Position numbers and translations under genes: made by a program. Positions 54,001 to 64,000 of a DNA stretch of 64,000 bases are shown piece after piece (position 1 is the stretch's first letter; every line of letters begins with the position of its first letter). The stretch comes from Phoronis australis (Eukaryota > Animalia > Phoronida), in assembly GCA_002633005.1 (NCBI GenBank), contig NMRA01000072.1, positions 268,952 to 332,951 on the forward strand. The letters are read 5' to 3'. The notes under the pieces are model-generated. The model did no database searches. It saw only the letters and a list, made by a program, of their open reading frames with translations, and was not told the origin of the DNA.

Positions 54001-57000
54001 GATAACTTGATAACTGTGTTGTCTCCCAGTGGTACAAAACAACCACAGAAAGGCAACATCTTCCGCTTTCTAGCGCCTGTAGTATAATACGTGCCGAACA
54101 TAGTTCATGTGATAGCTTTTTAAAAATGGCCATTCTTGACGAAAGAAGAAATTTTACGGAAATTGGGCGTAGCGTGGAATCGTACCCACTAATTAATTCC
54201 GCAGTAGCAGACGACTATAATCCCGGCACTTAAAAAATAGCACAGTAATTTAAGCGTTTTTAAATGGTACACATCTGCCTTGATTTGAGTGAACGTCTGG
54301 CAGACAACGACGAGAATTGTCAATTTGTAAAAAATCACAAAAGCACAACAGATGTCGTCTGGTCCAAGATAACTATTTCAGTAAGTATATACCTTTCAAA
54401 AATTAATTTCAAAAATGCGTTTTTCGGTCGCAAAAATGATAATGTTTCTTTAAAATGAAAACGCAAGCGATTGCATGGGTATTTTCAATTCCCAAATTCT
54501 TCTTCATGGAAATGCCTTCCGCCTTAAAGTGCAAACAGAAACCAAAAACGCTACATTTTGAGAACGCTCTCCACTCGTGTGGACTACGAAAACGTAACCT
54601 TTTTTTAATGCGCTGACGCCATGCTGTCAAATCAGTAAACGAGTACATGTACCTAATCCCGTTTTTTGGTTCCATCAGCTTTTTCAGCATATGGATTTCT
54701 AAAACGTGAAGTTCTTGAAACGGTCAAAGAACATGTTGCGCTTATATTACAAAATGAGAGGAACACAGTCCAGAAACCAGCTTCCGGTGGCAGCCAAAAA
54801 GGTAAAGTAGGCCTGTGCCGTGGAGTTCTTTGTACTAAATGCAAATGTGAACTGTTTCTCTTAACCAGTGGTGAATGATTAGATACATTGTCGGTTACTT
54901 ACCTGCAGAGGGAAGTGAGGACTTGTATAAGGAAGGTACAAGAACAGTGGTTTGGAGGAGTTGTGTTGGTCGATGATCTGAACGGCTCGCTGGGTAAACA
55001 AGGTCTAGGGGAATAGCATTTAAACAATGAACACTAGCATTATTGAATGTAAAAGTGTAACATTTGAAACTTTGGGTAGATAATTATAAAAAGTGGATAT
55101 GCTTCCAGAACTGCAGTAGTGTAAAACCAACGTTCCATAAGAGTTTAAATGATGACCCCTGAGCATTTTAGCAGACTGTTTGTGACAGAAAGACAAGCCG
55201 AAAGGCGGCACCACCTAATACAATTTGTGTTTGTGTGCAAATTTGCGGGGAAGCATCACACCATTGTTCACGATATATTTCAACTATCGAACAGCGGGTT
55301 CCGCACTTTGGTGCTGATGACTGAGCGTACATGTTGTGTCGCAACCGGCTTACCGTTGCATACTGGCCGTCCTCATCACGGACTGGTTTTTCGTTGTCTC
55401 TGAAATCCAGGTAAGTTTTCTGCGGTGACGCTACTGCTCCAACTTTGTGATTGAAGTAATCGAACATGCCTGAATATGGCCCGTAAAACGAGTCGAAACC
55501 TCGATGTGTTGGAGTGCAGTTCCAGTTGCAGAAGCCGAGATGCCATCTGTAGTAAATCATATTTCAAAAATTCACTAAGTGCAAAGTGCAATTTGATTTC
55601 TTTTAAAATTATGCTAATGGGACTGTTCTTGTTGTGTGATTAACAAGATTAGAAAATCAAAACTAGATTTTCCTCTCGTTTTTAATAAATGCCCGGATGT
55701 CCTTTTACCGAAATAGTTTAATAGAAAAATGGACAATCAAATTCACGATTGGTTAAATTAACATTTAGTGTAGATATGCTACACTTCCTAACTCACTTTC
55801 CAACAGCGTGGCTTGCGTATCCTTGTTCTTTCAAGTACTGAGGAAGTATTTTTATGTCCGTTGGTAGACAGGCGGGTCTTTCAGTTGCTATAACGATGTG
55901 TTGTAGTCCGGTGCGGAATGGATAGCGTCCAGTCATAAAAGCGTTTCGGGAACTGAAAGTTTACAGCTAAACCAGATTGCTAGCGTCGTCGGTATTATTT
56001 ACAGCAAGAAAACAGATTGTTTTATTTTCTGACATTGATCTAACCTGAATTAATTTCAATATACTCGTAGGACTACCTATAAACCATCTCTACAATCGTT
56101 CGCCAGTTATGTAATTTGCTGCGATATGTAAGTAAGAGACGGAAGTTCTAAGTCATTTACAATTCAAAGTGTCAATTATTTGGTTTTAAAAACTATTAAC
56201 TTTTGTGCAAGTATTCTCAAAAATACGTACACTCGATTTAAGATCATTAGAAATGTTTGAAAACGAAAATTGATCCAAAAAGTGAACCAATCGCATTAGT
56301 CGTCTGCACGAGGCTTCTGAAACGTTGGCCAATAGGAATACACAGTGTTTTTCTGATGATTCTGATGAATACTTACGCGGTGCAGAGTGGCTGAACATAA
56401 GACTGTGTTAGGATCACCCCAGATTTGGCAAGATCATCCAGTTGGGGGGTCTTCATGTATGGGTTGTTGTAACCAATATCCGCATGTCCTGGGTTTAAAT
56501 AAAAGGGTCGTGATTTTAGAGCTCAGCTTCACATTCTTCTATAGAAGAAAACTTTTGATTTAGACCACTTAATTATATCGATCTCACCTGTTCCTTGCTG
56601 ATTTCTGGGTTTTCAAAAAGCTGACAGTTCTTTGTTTCTTAATAATTACTACTGAGTCTGTCGAAATATGATACTTATGAAATACCCGCCCTAGCAAACC
56701 GGTTTAAAATGAGTTCCTACTGGCATGATAACAATTGGTTTCCATTAATAAAGGCACTGAAAAATTCGACCTGCAATAGAGTCGAAGCAGGCGAATTTTG
56801 GAAGAGCTGGCCAGCCTTATCAAAAAGTGTTTTTGACATTCATTTTTACTCGCCAATGCCCGTTGTCTGGATTCTGAAAACAGTTTCTACTATGAAAAAA
56901 GGTTTGACATATCTTTGTTCAGCAATTTTGTTTTAATTTAAGGTTGCGTTTCAAACACAGAAAAGTATACGTAAGATAGAAACTTGCCTTAAATAAAATT

Positions 57001-58566
57001 CCGTTGCTCCGAAATGTGTATTTTTTATTACCTCTGTTTTGATTTTCGTAATGAAATAAAATTCGGGACAATTGAGTGCCATGTTCGATTTAGATTTTGA
57101 GGGCTTGGTGCTTATCAGGATAGGGTGCTTGTTATTGTGGAAAGAATGTATTGTTTACTCCAACATTATATAACTGGATGTGGGGGGCATGCGACGAGTT
57201 GCCAACTAAGGACTAATATCTACTCTATCGCATTTTTTCGCTCAATTAGTAAATTAGTAAATCCCATGCTCATCGTCTCCAAAACGTAACCCTGTAGTAG
57301 AGGTCTAAAGTGAAACCTGCCGTAGAGTTTGAAAAGAATGGTTGCTAGTGTTCGATTTTCCTTGTAGACGGCTCGTGATATAGGCCTATATCCGCTGCAA
57401 GTGAAATGGAGTACAGGAGGTATGAAGTATGAACATACATGAACAAATCGGATTACTCCGGAACCAACTGATTCACTCCAGCTGCGTTTTAGGTTTTGCA
57501 ACAGTTTTGTGCAGATGCTATGCCTAACGTTATCAAACGAATTCCAAGAGCCAGGTTGTGCGTTTTTCGTTGGTGTGACACTTAGGGTCGGGTCTAGGAT
57601 ATCGCGAGGGGGTTAATGTTCGCGCGCGGCGACCGGCGTCGCTTTTATTGGTGTGCGGAGGATCTCATGGATTCCCGCTAATGAAATCCTCTTCTATGAT
57701 GTCATCGATGAGCCGGTTGAGCTAATGCATAACAGAACGCAAAACACTCAATAACCTTTTTGCCTGCATATCCATCTAGCACTGGCAAAATTGAAATTCC
57801 AATTACTTTTATTACAAGAGAATCGCTTGCTATTTGAATCACGTCCCAACCCACTCTTTGAGAGTGAGTATTCATATTTGTATCAGGCAAAAGACGCGNN
57901 NNNNNNNNNNNNNNNNNNNNNNNNNNNNNNNNNNNNNNNNNNNNNNNNNNNNNNNNNNNNNNNNNNNNNNNNNNNNNNNNNNNNNNNNNNNNNNNNNNNN
58001 NNNNNNNNNNNNNNNNNNNNNNNNNNNNNNNNNNNNNNNNNNNNNNNNNNNNNNNNNNNNNNNNNNNNNNNNNNNNNNNNNNNNNNNNNNNNNNNNNNNN
58101 NNNNNNNNNNNNNNNNNNNNNCCCCCCCCCCCCCCCCCCCAACTCAAATCCCGGACCCACCTGGTTTTATTCAGTTAGCCGGACTAATTACGATCGGCAT
58201 CGGCCCAAACTCATCAGGTAGAGTTCCATCACTGGAAGGCTAAGGCCTACCCGTACGTTTGCACTAGTGTGTTTCCAGGTTCCGCCGGCCATTGCGCTCA
58301 CGGTATATCTTGGACTGCATGTACCCAGCTCACGAAGGCTTTGGTCCGAGGTCATGGCAGTTGTATCAATTATTCAGCATCTATCACAGAACGAAATGTT
58401 TACGCTTTGTCAGTTTTTACATAAACATGCATAAACATGTACACTCACCAAGGTCGTCTGCCACGATAAAGACGATGTTAGGTTTAGGCGAAGTCATTGG
58501 CTTGCAGTCACATCTGTAGCATGTTAGTGCGACAAAGAAAACGCTTAAAATTGTCATGAAAGGCAT
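47827..58566 (-). CDS. Arylsulfatase B/I/J-like sulfatase, complete, 11 exons, 519 aa, with signal peptide
   Basis: Exons 58566-58449, 56488-56377, 55952-55797, 55546-55354, 55004-54903, 53518-53455, 53183-53086, 52655-52519, 51944-51759, 49285-49068, 48002-47827 are phase-consistent and sum to 1560 nt. Motifs [71 protein letters not shown]. Confidence 0.93.
48548..48763 (+). repeat. Interspersed repeat C copy 2
   Basis: Same orientation homologue of 42617-42833. Confidence 0.85.
49068..49285 (-). CDS. Arylsulfatase exon 10
   Basis: VGDYKLIRW...W.IPPE...QLYNIR. Confidence 0.9.
49956..51270 (+). mobile_element. Highly decayed non-LTR retrotransposon 3' fragment (L2/CR1-group-like), antisense in arylsulfatase intron 9
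   Basis: [50 protein letters not shown] across broken frames. Confidence 0.7.
51759..51944 (-). CDS. Arylsulfatase exon 9
   Basis: [17 protein letters not shown]...DGLDQ...RSEFVYNLD...AAIR. Confidence 0.92.
52519..52655 (-). CDS. Arylsulfatase exon 8
   Basis: [37 protein letters not shown]. Confidence 0.92.
53086..53183 (-). CDS. Arylsulfatase exon 7
   Basis: [32 protein letters not shown]. Confidence 0.92.
53455..53518 (-). CDS. Arylsulfatase exon 6
   Basis: [21 protein letters not shown]. Confidence 0.85.
54903..55004 (-). CDS. Arylsulfatase exon 5
   Basis: [34 protein letters not shown]. Confidence 0.9.
55354..55546 (-). CDS. Arylsulfatase exon 4
   Basis: [22 protein letters not shown]...GQYAT. 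Confidence 0.92.
55797..55952 (-). CDS. Arylsulfatase exon 3
   Basis: [18 protein letters not shown]...GYASHAVG. Confidence 0.9.
56377..56488 (-). CDS. Arylsulfatase exon 2
   Basis: [38 protein letters not shown]|gtaagt. Confidence 0.9.
57899..58121. other. Assembly gap next to a poly-C tract, in arylsulfatase intron 1
   Basis: 223 n followed by C19. Confidence 0.98.
58449..58566 (-). CDS. Arylsulfatase exon 1
   Basis: [40 protein letters not shown]|gtgagt. Confidence 0.88.
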
Positions 58567-59255
58567 TTCTGCAACTGGTGTCGGTCCCGGTATCAGCCCT
58601 CACTCACAGCTTCCCAAGCACGAGAATATTCAGAAGTCTGTACACTAAATTGACATGACCGGTCAGACCAAAGATATTATAGTTACATAAGGGTACACAG
58701 TGTCTTTGCTATCATGGCGATCTGTGGCCGGGAAGAGGTCTCGAGATTCGAGATCAATATAATTGTGTATAGATGGGCACCTGTGTAAAAACACCGACTG
58801 TGGTGAAAAGCACTATAAATAGTTTGCAATGCCTCATTGTTGAAAATATGTTAGCTTTGTCGGGCTCGGTACAATGTCCAATATAGGGTGTCAAGTAGGC
58901 TAACGTGCCGCAGACCTCAGCTACTGTAGGGTATTTTTTTCTCTCGGTTGAATACATGTCAACTAATGCGGGAATTACGTATTTGCTACGCATTTTTGTC
59001 GTTTCTGTAGTGCTTCGGCATAGCACCAAAATGTTACGTATTTTCGGTAAGTAATATGCATTGTTGCCGATGTTCATCATAAAGTTTTCAAACCTTTGCT
59101 TTGGCTTTTACTGACAATCTCGATTTCTTGTCGAAATAATCTCATATCAGACGAACCTTTCTCGACAGGGCCAACGGACTCATTTGACCAAGGAGCATAT
59201 AACAACACTGAGAGTTAGGCCTACTGGATATAAGAACCTCTAATAGGTAAGAAAG

Positions 59256-59356
59256 TACCGTACTCGTCCGGGTTACCACCCATGCTCTGGTTACCGCCCA
59301 CCCCCTGTTTTTGAGATTTCCAATTTAAGCGTCCCGTAACCCGGACGATTACGGTA
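59256..59356. mobile_element. ~100-bp Tc1/mariner/pogo-type MITE (TA TSD, CCGT termini)
   Basis: ta|ccgtactcgtccgggttac...gtaacccggacgattacgg|ta. Confidence 0.75.
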
Positions 59357-60909
59357 CATGCAATGCATTTTTACACATGACTATACTTTGACAGTGCTAT
59401 GTTTTTAACCAAAGAGAACCCCCCTCCCTCCATGTTACAATAGAACCCGTGTAGGGCATCTAGAAAATACTTTTGTGAGTACAGCTACCGGTAGTATCTG
59501 GTGGCACAATCGTCCCAGTTACTGGACTCACGTATAGGTGTTTAGAGTCAAGGGTCAAAGATAATACTGACTAAGATATTGTAACATTAGCCTACTAATA
59601 GCGCATAATCTCGTTTGCAGCTCGAAAGCACTGAAACACTGATATACTTTTATAGGTCCCTTCGTGGTAAACTGTAACTTTTTAAAACTCAATAGTAGGA
59701 TCTGGGTAACTTGGGTGTTTCTCGCCTTCGCGCAGTCAAACCACACAAACAATATATACACCACTGAACCAGGAAAAATGGGTACATGAGAAAATGCCAA
59801 ATGATACTCACCTGAGACTAAGCCTGAGACGATTCCCGAATTTGAGGAACATCCCTAATCATGCGTCATGCTCTCCGTATTGTTCATCATTTTTAGATTA
59901 ATTTATTTATTGATAATTACACTGGGTTTGAATTGTAAATTTTCCCTGCAGGGATATGTCTCCGTATTATTACGTTTTAGACCACGGTTCGAGCCTTTGT
60001 AGGATCCAACAAATGAAGATAATGGAGTGGGTCAGATTTGAAGGCAATTTTTCTTGGACTAAATGGTAAGTGATTTCCACGAGTGGTATTGAGTAGATCC
60101 TCGAAATTGTTTTGAGTAAATAGGATACAGAAATTTGTTTTCTACTCTTGCTACCCGGTGGATACAGAAATCCCGTTTCAGATTATATTCTTGCTCAGCG
60201 TTGAATTTTTGGCGCGAAACCAGGCATCCCACCAGACAAGTAAGAATTGTCAAAAATCTGGTGGGTAATGACATATTTAAACCTAACTTTCTAGAATCAA
60301 AAATGCAAGATTATTTGGATACTGGTCTCACCGGCGCAGTCGTGATTTTAGGTACAAAAAGCCAAAATCGCATTTTTGACATCTCAATTTTCCCGTGGAC
60401 ATAGGCAAGGCAAAAAGACATTGTTTTGTTCTTCACCTTTAAGAAACCCCATCGATTGTGCTTTCTGTCAGTTATGCATATTTTTCCAGGTATCTTGGGA
60501 TGGGTGCAAACAATGAAAGCTTCCATGGATCCAGAACAGCGTGTTTGTATTGTTAACTATATGTAATTCAAGAGCGTACCTAGGGGGGACTCGTTCATTT
60601 GGCGAAGTGGGCAAAATGCTCCGAAAAAGTAGAGAACGAGACAGAATTCTGCTAAAAAGGCAGGAACTACCAAAAATCGGCGAATGTGCAGTTAATAGCT
60701 CTCAAAGTGTCCCGTGAATCTCAGTAAAAGGTCCACATTCTCAGAAATTCAAGCCCCTCATTTTTTAGGCTGCATGTAATTGGTGGTCTCCAGTGAATCA
60801 GTGAAAAACTTACATCTCCGTGGTTGTATATGCTAGCGCCATGTTTCCTTTTTATAACTCTACTCAAGAGAATGTATACATGAAACATAATAAATATCTC
60901 ACTTCAGAT

Positions 60910-62010
60910 TTGGAACCTTGGAACCTAGGCTGTGACCTTCCACTGCACTAGCCTTCCTCCAGATCCCTCCATTGTTTTTGGTTCTTAGCTGTCCTTGGCC
61001 ATGTTGCCCCGGATCTTTGCATGATGTCGTCTCGCCATCGTCTCTTTGGTCTTCCCCTTGTTCTCTTGCCTTCTCTGGGCTGCCATTAGGTTGTCTTCAG
61101 AGTCCACTTGTTATCCTTCATTCTTTCCACATGACCAGCCCATCTCCATTTCGTTTCTGTTTTGTATTTTGTCCTTTCTTTTATCTTGTAATGTTGGTAT
61201 TTTGTCTTTCAAGCTGATGCCCAGTAGTTTCCTTTCCATTGCTCTCTGGTTTGTTTGCATCTTCTTCATAAGTTCTTTAGTAAGTGACCATGTTTGGCTC
61301 TTATAAGTCACCATTGGCATAACGCATTGGTTGTACACTTTTCTCTTTAGTGCTATTGGCAGCTTTTGTCTAGAAATATCGCTCTGTATTTGCCGAATCA
61401 ACCCCAACCTGCTTTTACTCTTATCAGCACTTCTTGTTTTGTCGTCTCTTCTATTGTAATAGTTTGGCCAAGGTATTTGTAGTCTTTCATTTTCTCTATA
61501 GGTGTGCCTTCGATTTCTATCTAGTCTTCAGTCTCGAAAATTGTCATGTATTTAGTCTTTCCTCTGTGTATTTTCAGGCCAACTTGTAAGCTCTCTTCAT
61601 TTAGTATGTTCAGTTGCATTTCCATGTCTTTAATGTTTTCTGTAATAAGGGACACATCATCTGCAAATCGCAAATCCGCTAAGTTCTCATCATCTATGTT
61701 GAGTCCTCTCCTCTCCAAATATGCCTTGTTGAAAACCTCCTGTAGTAGGCTACTGTAGTAAATAACTTAGGTGATAAGGGGTCTCCTTGCCTCACGCTTC
61801 TTCTTATTGGAATTTTCCTGATGTCTGATTTTCCATGTGAAGTCTTGCTGTTGCGTCTGTATAGATGTCCTCTATTATGTTTACATATGCCTCATGAATT
61901 CCAGTCTGTCGTAGTGCACTGAAAATTGCTGAATGCTCCACTGAGTCGAATGTCTTTTCGTAATCTATATAACCAACACATAATGATAAGTTGAATTCAT
62001 TGTATTTTAT
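60910..62010 (-). mobile_element. 5'-truncated, decayed RTE-clade LINE (reverse transcriptase 3' part)
   Basis: YIDYEKTFDSVEH, RQGDPLSPKLF, LRFADDV, KRKVYNQCVMP, QRAMERKLLGI; stops and frameshifts; short (GGTTCCAA)2 tail at the 3' end. Confidence 0.88.
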
Positions 62011-62183
62011 TGTAGATTTAGAGTACAGTAATTTTAACATGTTCACTATTCAACACGACGCAGCACAAATATACATTGTAAAGTGGAAATCACTGACCAT
62101 TGGCCATTCGCACTAAGTGCGCGTTTTCTTTTCATAATTTATCAATTTATTGTTCACGTGCTTTCTTAAATGTACTCCTTAAC

Positions 62184-62359
62184 TCAACACCAGCCGGGAG
62201 ACCAGACATTCCCAAAGTTCTTAGGGTTTGATTTGTCCGGTTCCGGTAGTGGCCATATGGGTTTAACCATCTGCTTCTTGTACACATTTAATCTGGCCTC
62301 TAGTCTTTTCACTACTTCAGGTAACTTTTCTGCCAGGTTGTTTCTTTCCTCGGGATCGA
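62184..62359 (-). CDS. Second arylsulfatase paralogue, terminal exon (gene continues beyond window)
   Basis: [19 protein letters not shown]...[10 protein letters not shown]; same 176-nt length; AATAAA on - at ~62146-62151. Confidence 0.92.
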
Positions 62360-62758
62360 CTGAAAGCAAAAATTGTGATAGCATACCTCTGTTACGTATT
62401 AGATTGTTGTTTAATTACGCGAAATGTTAATTGCACGTTATACTTGAACGTTAGAAAATATTTTGAAATTTACAATACACAGGTCTGAAGCAAATCAATC
62501 AATAGTACGAACCTCAGCTCAATTCTGCACAAGTTCGTTTGAAAGTGACTTTAGAGAATTTTAACGCTGCTTCCGTAAACAAAAATTCCAATCATATTAA
62601 TGACGATTCTTGATCAGTGACGATTCTCCTGAATGTTGAACTTTGTTAGATTGTATAGATGCAATAAGAGTAAGATGGCACTAATCACTTGTTGCTGGTT
62701 TGGAGATTGTCCTACAATCAGTCACCATCACTTACGACTTTCAGTTACATATACTTAC

Positions 62759-62979
62759 ACCTTATATTATACAAGTGCGTGAAGGGAGAGAACTTAAGGT
62801 CAGACGCCTGTTCCGTCATAAACGCGTCTTTCTTCGGCCTAACCACGTGCTGATCTACCCCTGGCGACCTCATGTGACTTTTAGTTTCTTTTTCGTCTTG
62901 CTCATATTCCGGTGGAATGTACCATTGATTACCGCCCGCAGTACCTGCCGACCATCTGATCAACTTGTAATCACCCACC
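62759..62979 (-). CDS. Second arylsulfatase paralogue, penultimate exon
   Basis: [12 protein letters not shown]...HLYNIR; same intron positions and phases as exon 10 of the first gene. Confidence 0.9.
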
Positions 62980-63482
62980 CTGAATAATATTCAGCGAGAA
63001 ATAACTGTAATAGCAATTCATTTTGCAAGGCATCTGCTAATTTCAAGACAGTCAATAGCAGTGTGAAGGAGGTGACATGTCGGTCGATTTAAACCAACCC
63101 CAATCAAAAAACAAACTCAGACACGTCTTACTTGGAAGATGGTTTATACGCTGACATACGTTGCTGTGAGTTATGGATATGTTATCACAGAAAACACTCT
63201 TCGTTGTATATTTTCATTAAATGTGAAACAATTAATTAACTTACTAAAAGCTGTTTCGCTATATAGGCTGTGATGTACCTAAAGGTGGAAACAGTTCTAT
63301 GACCGCGCCTTCAGTGCGTTCCTCAGGACTCCAGTCCCGCGCTGACCTACTTTTACAAAATTGGACTGTTTCCGTACTAATTGCGATAGAGCTCTTTTAA
63401 AATGCGGGCGGAAAACAATTGCTATCTTGGCAATGAGAAATGTTTTAGACCTGAGTCTGTAAGTGTTCATCAGTTTGTTTCG

Positions 63483-63969
63483 TACGGTGGCCCGAAAGTA
63501 TCATCGCTACTTTTGTTTAAATATTTTTTCATTTTTCATTTTCCACCTAGGTGGAAATAATTCAACCTAGGTGGAAACTATTTTCACCTGGGTGGAAACT
63601 ATTTTCACCCGGGTGGAAACTATTTCAACCTAGGTGGATATTATTTTCACCCGGGTGGAAACTATTTCAACCTAGGTGGAAATTATTTCAACCTAGGTGG
63701 AAATTATTTCCACCTGGGTGAAAATAATTTCCACCTAGGTTGAAATAATTTCCACCCGGGTGAAAATAATTTCCACCTAGGTTGAAATAATTTCCACCTA
63801 GGTTGAAATAGTTTCCACCCGGGTGAAAATAGTTTCCACCCAGGTGAAAATAGTTTCCAACCACGTGAAAATAGTTTCCACCTAGGTTGAATTATTTCCA
63901 CCTAGGTGGAAAATGAAAAATGAAAAAATATTTAAACAAAAGTAGCGATGATACTTTCGGGCCACCGTA
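63483..63969. mobile_element. Non-autonomous foldback DNA transposon, IS3EU-type (TACGG...CCGTA termini, 6-bp TSD GTTTCG)
   Basis: Long terminal inverted repeats tacggtggcccgaaagtatcatcgctacttttg...; gtttcg at 63477-63482 and 63970-63975; interior is a 21-22-bp tandem array in inverted halves. Confidence 0.85.
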
Positions 63970-64000
63970 GTTTCGTGCATTTAAAGCCTAACGTCAAGGG

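Noticed and set aside
57702-58243. Long ORFs spanning X runs
   Set aside because: Artefacts of the N gap and poly-C tract
58180-58290. CUGAUGAG on the minus strand as a hammerhead core
   Set aside because: No stem II followed by GAAA
63540-63910. CRISPR-like short palindromic repeat array and the repetitive ORF 63704-63901
   Set aside because: No unique spacers, no cas genes, eukaryotic context; it is the interior of a TIR element

Overview
Metazoan (probably lophotrochozoan marine invertebrate) nuclear DNA; AT-rich, spliceosomal GT-AG introns, draft short-read assembly (one N gap, two single-n junctions with unmerged allelic overlaps). It contains: (1) a 5'-incomplete TTC28 orthologue on + (12 exons, 4921-32972, ~2620 aa: TPR array, CHAT domain, two PUB-like repeats, long Ser/Pro-rich tail); (2) a 12-finger C2H2 zinc-finger gene on + (~38193/39751-46078); (3) a complete 11-exon, 519-aa arylsulfatase B/I/J-like gene on - (58566-47827) and the last two exons of a tandem paralogue (62979-62184); (4) LINE remnants, several MITEs and an intact IS3EU-type foldback element. 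Best leads: a hammerhead-ribozyme-like fold with a predicted loop-loop interaction antisense in the zinc-finger intron (42245-42360); a TTC28 CHAT domain that keeps both His and Cys of the caspase-type dyad; and a sulfatase whose formylglycine motif is CTASR rather than CxPxR.
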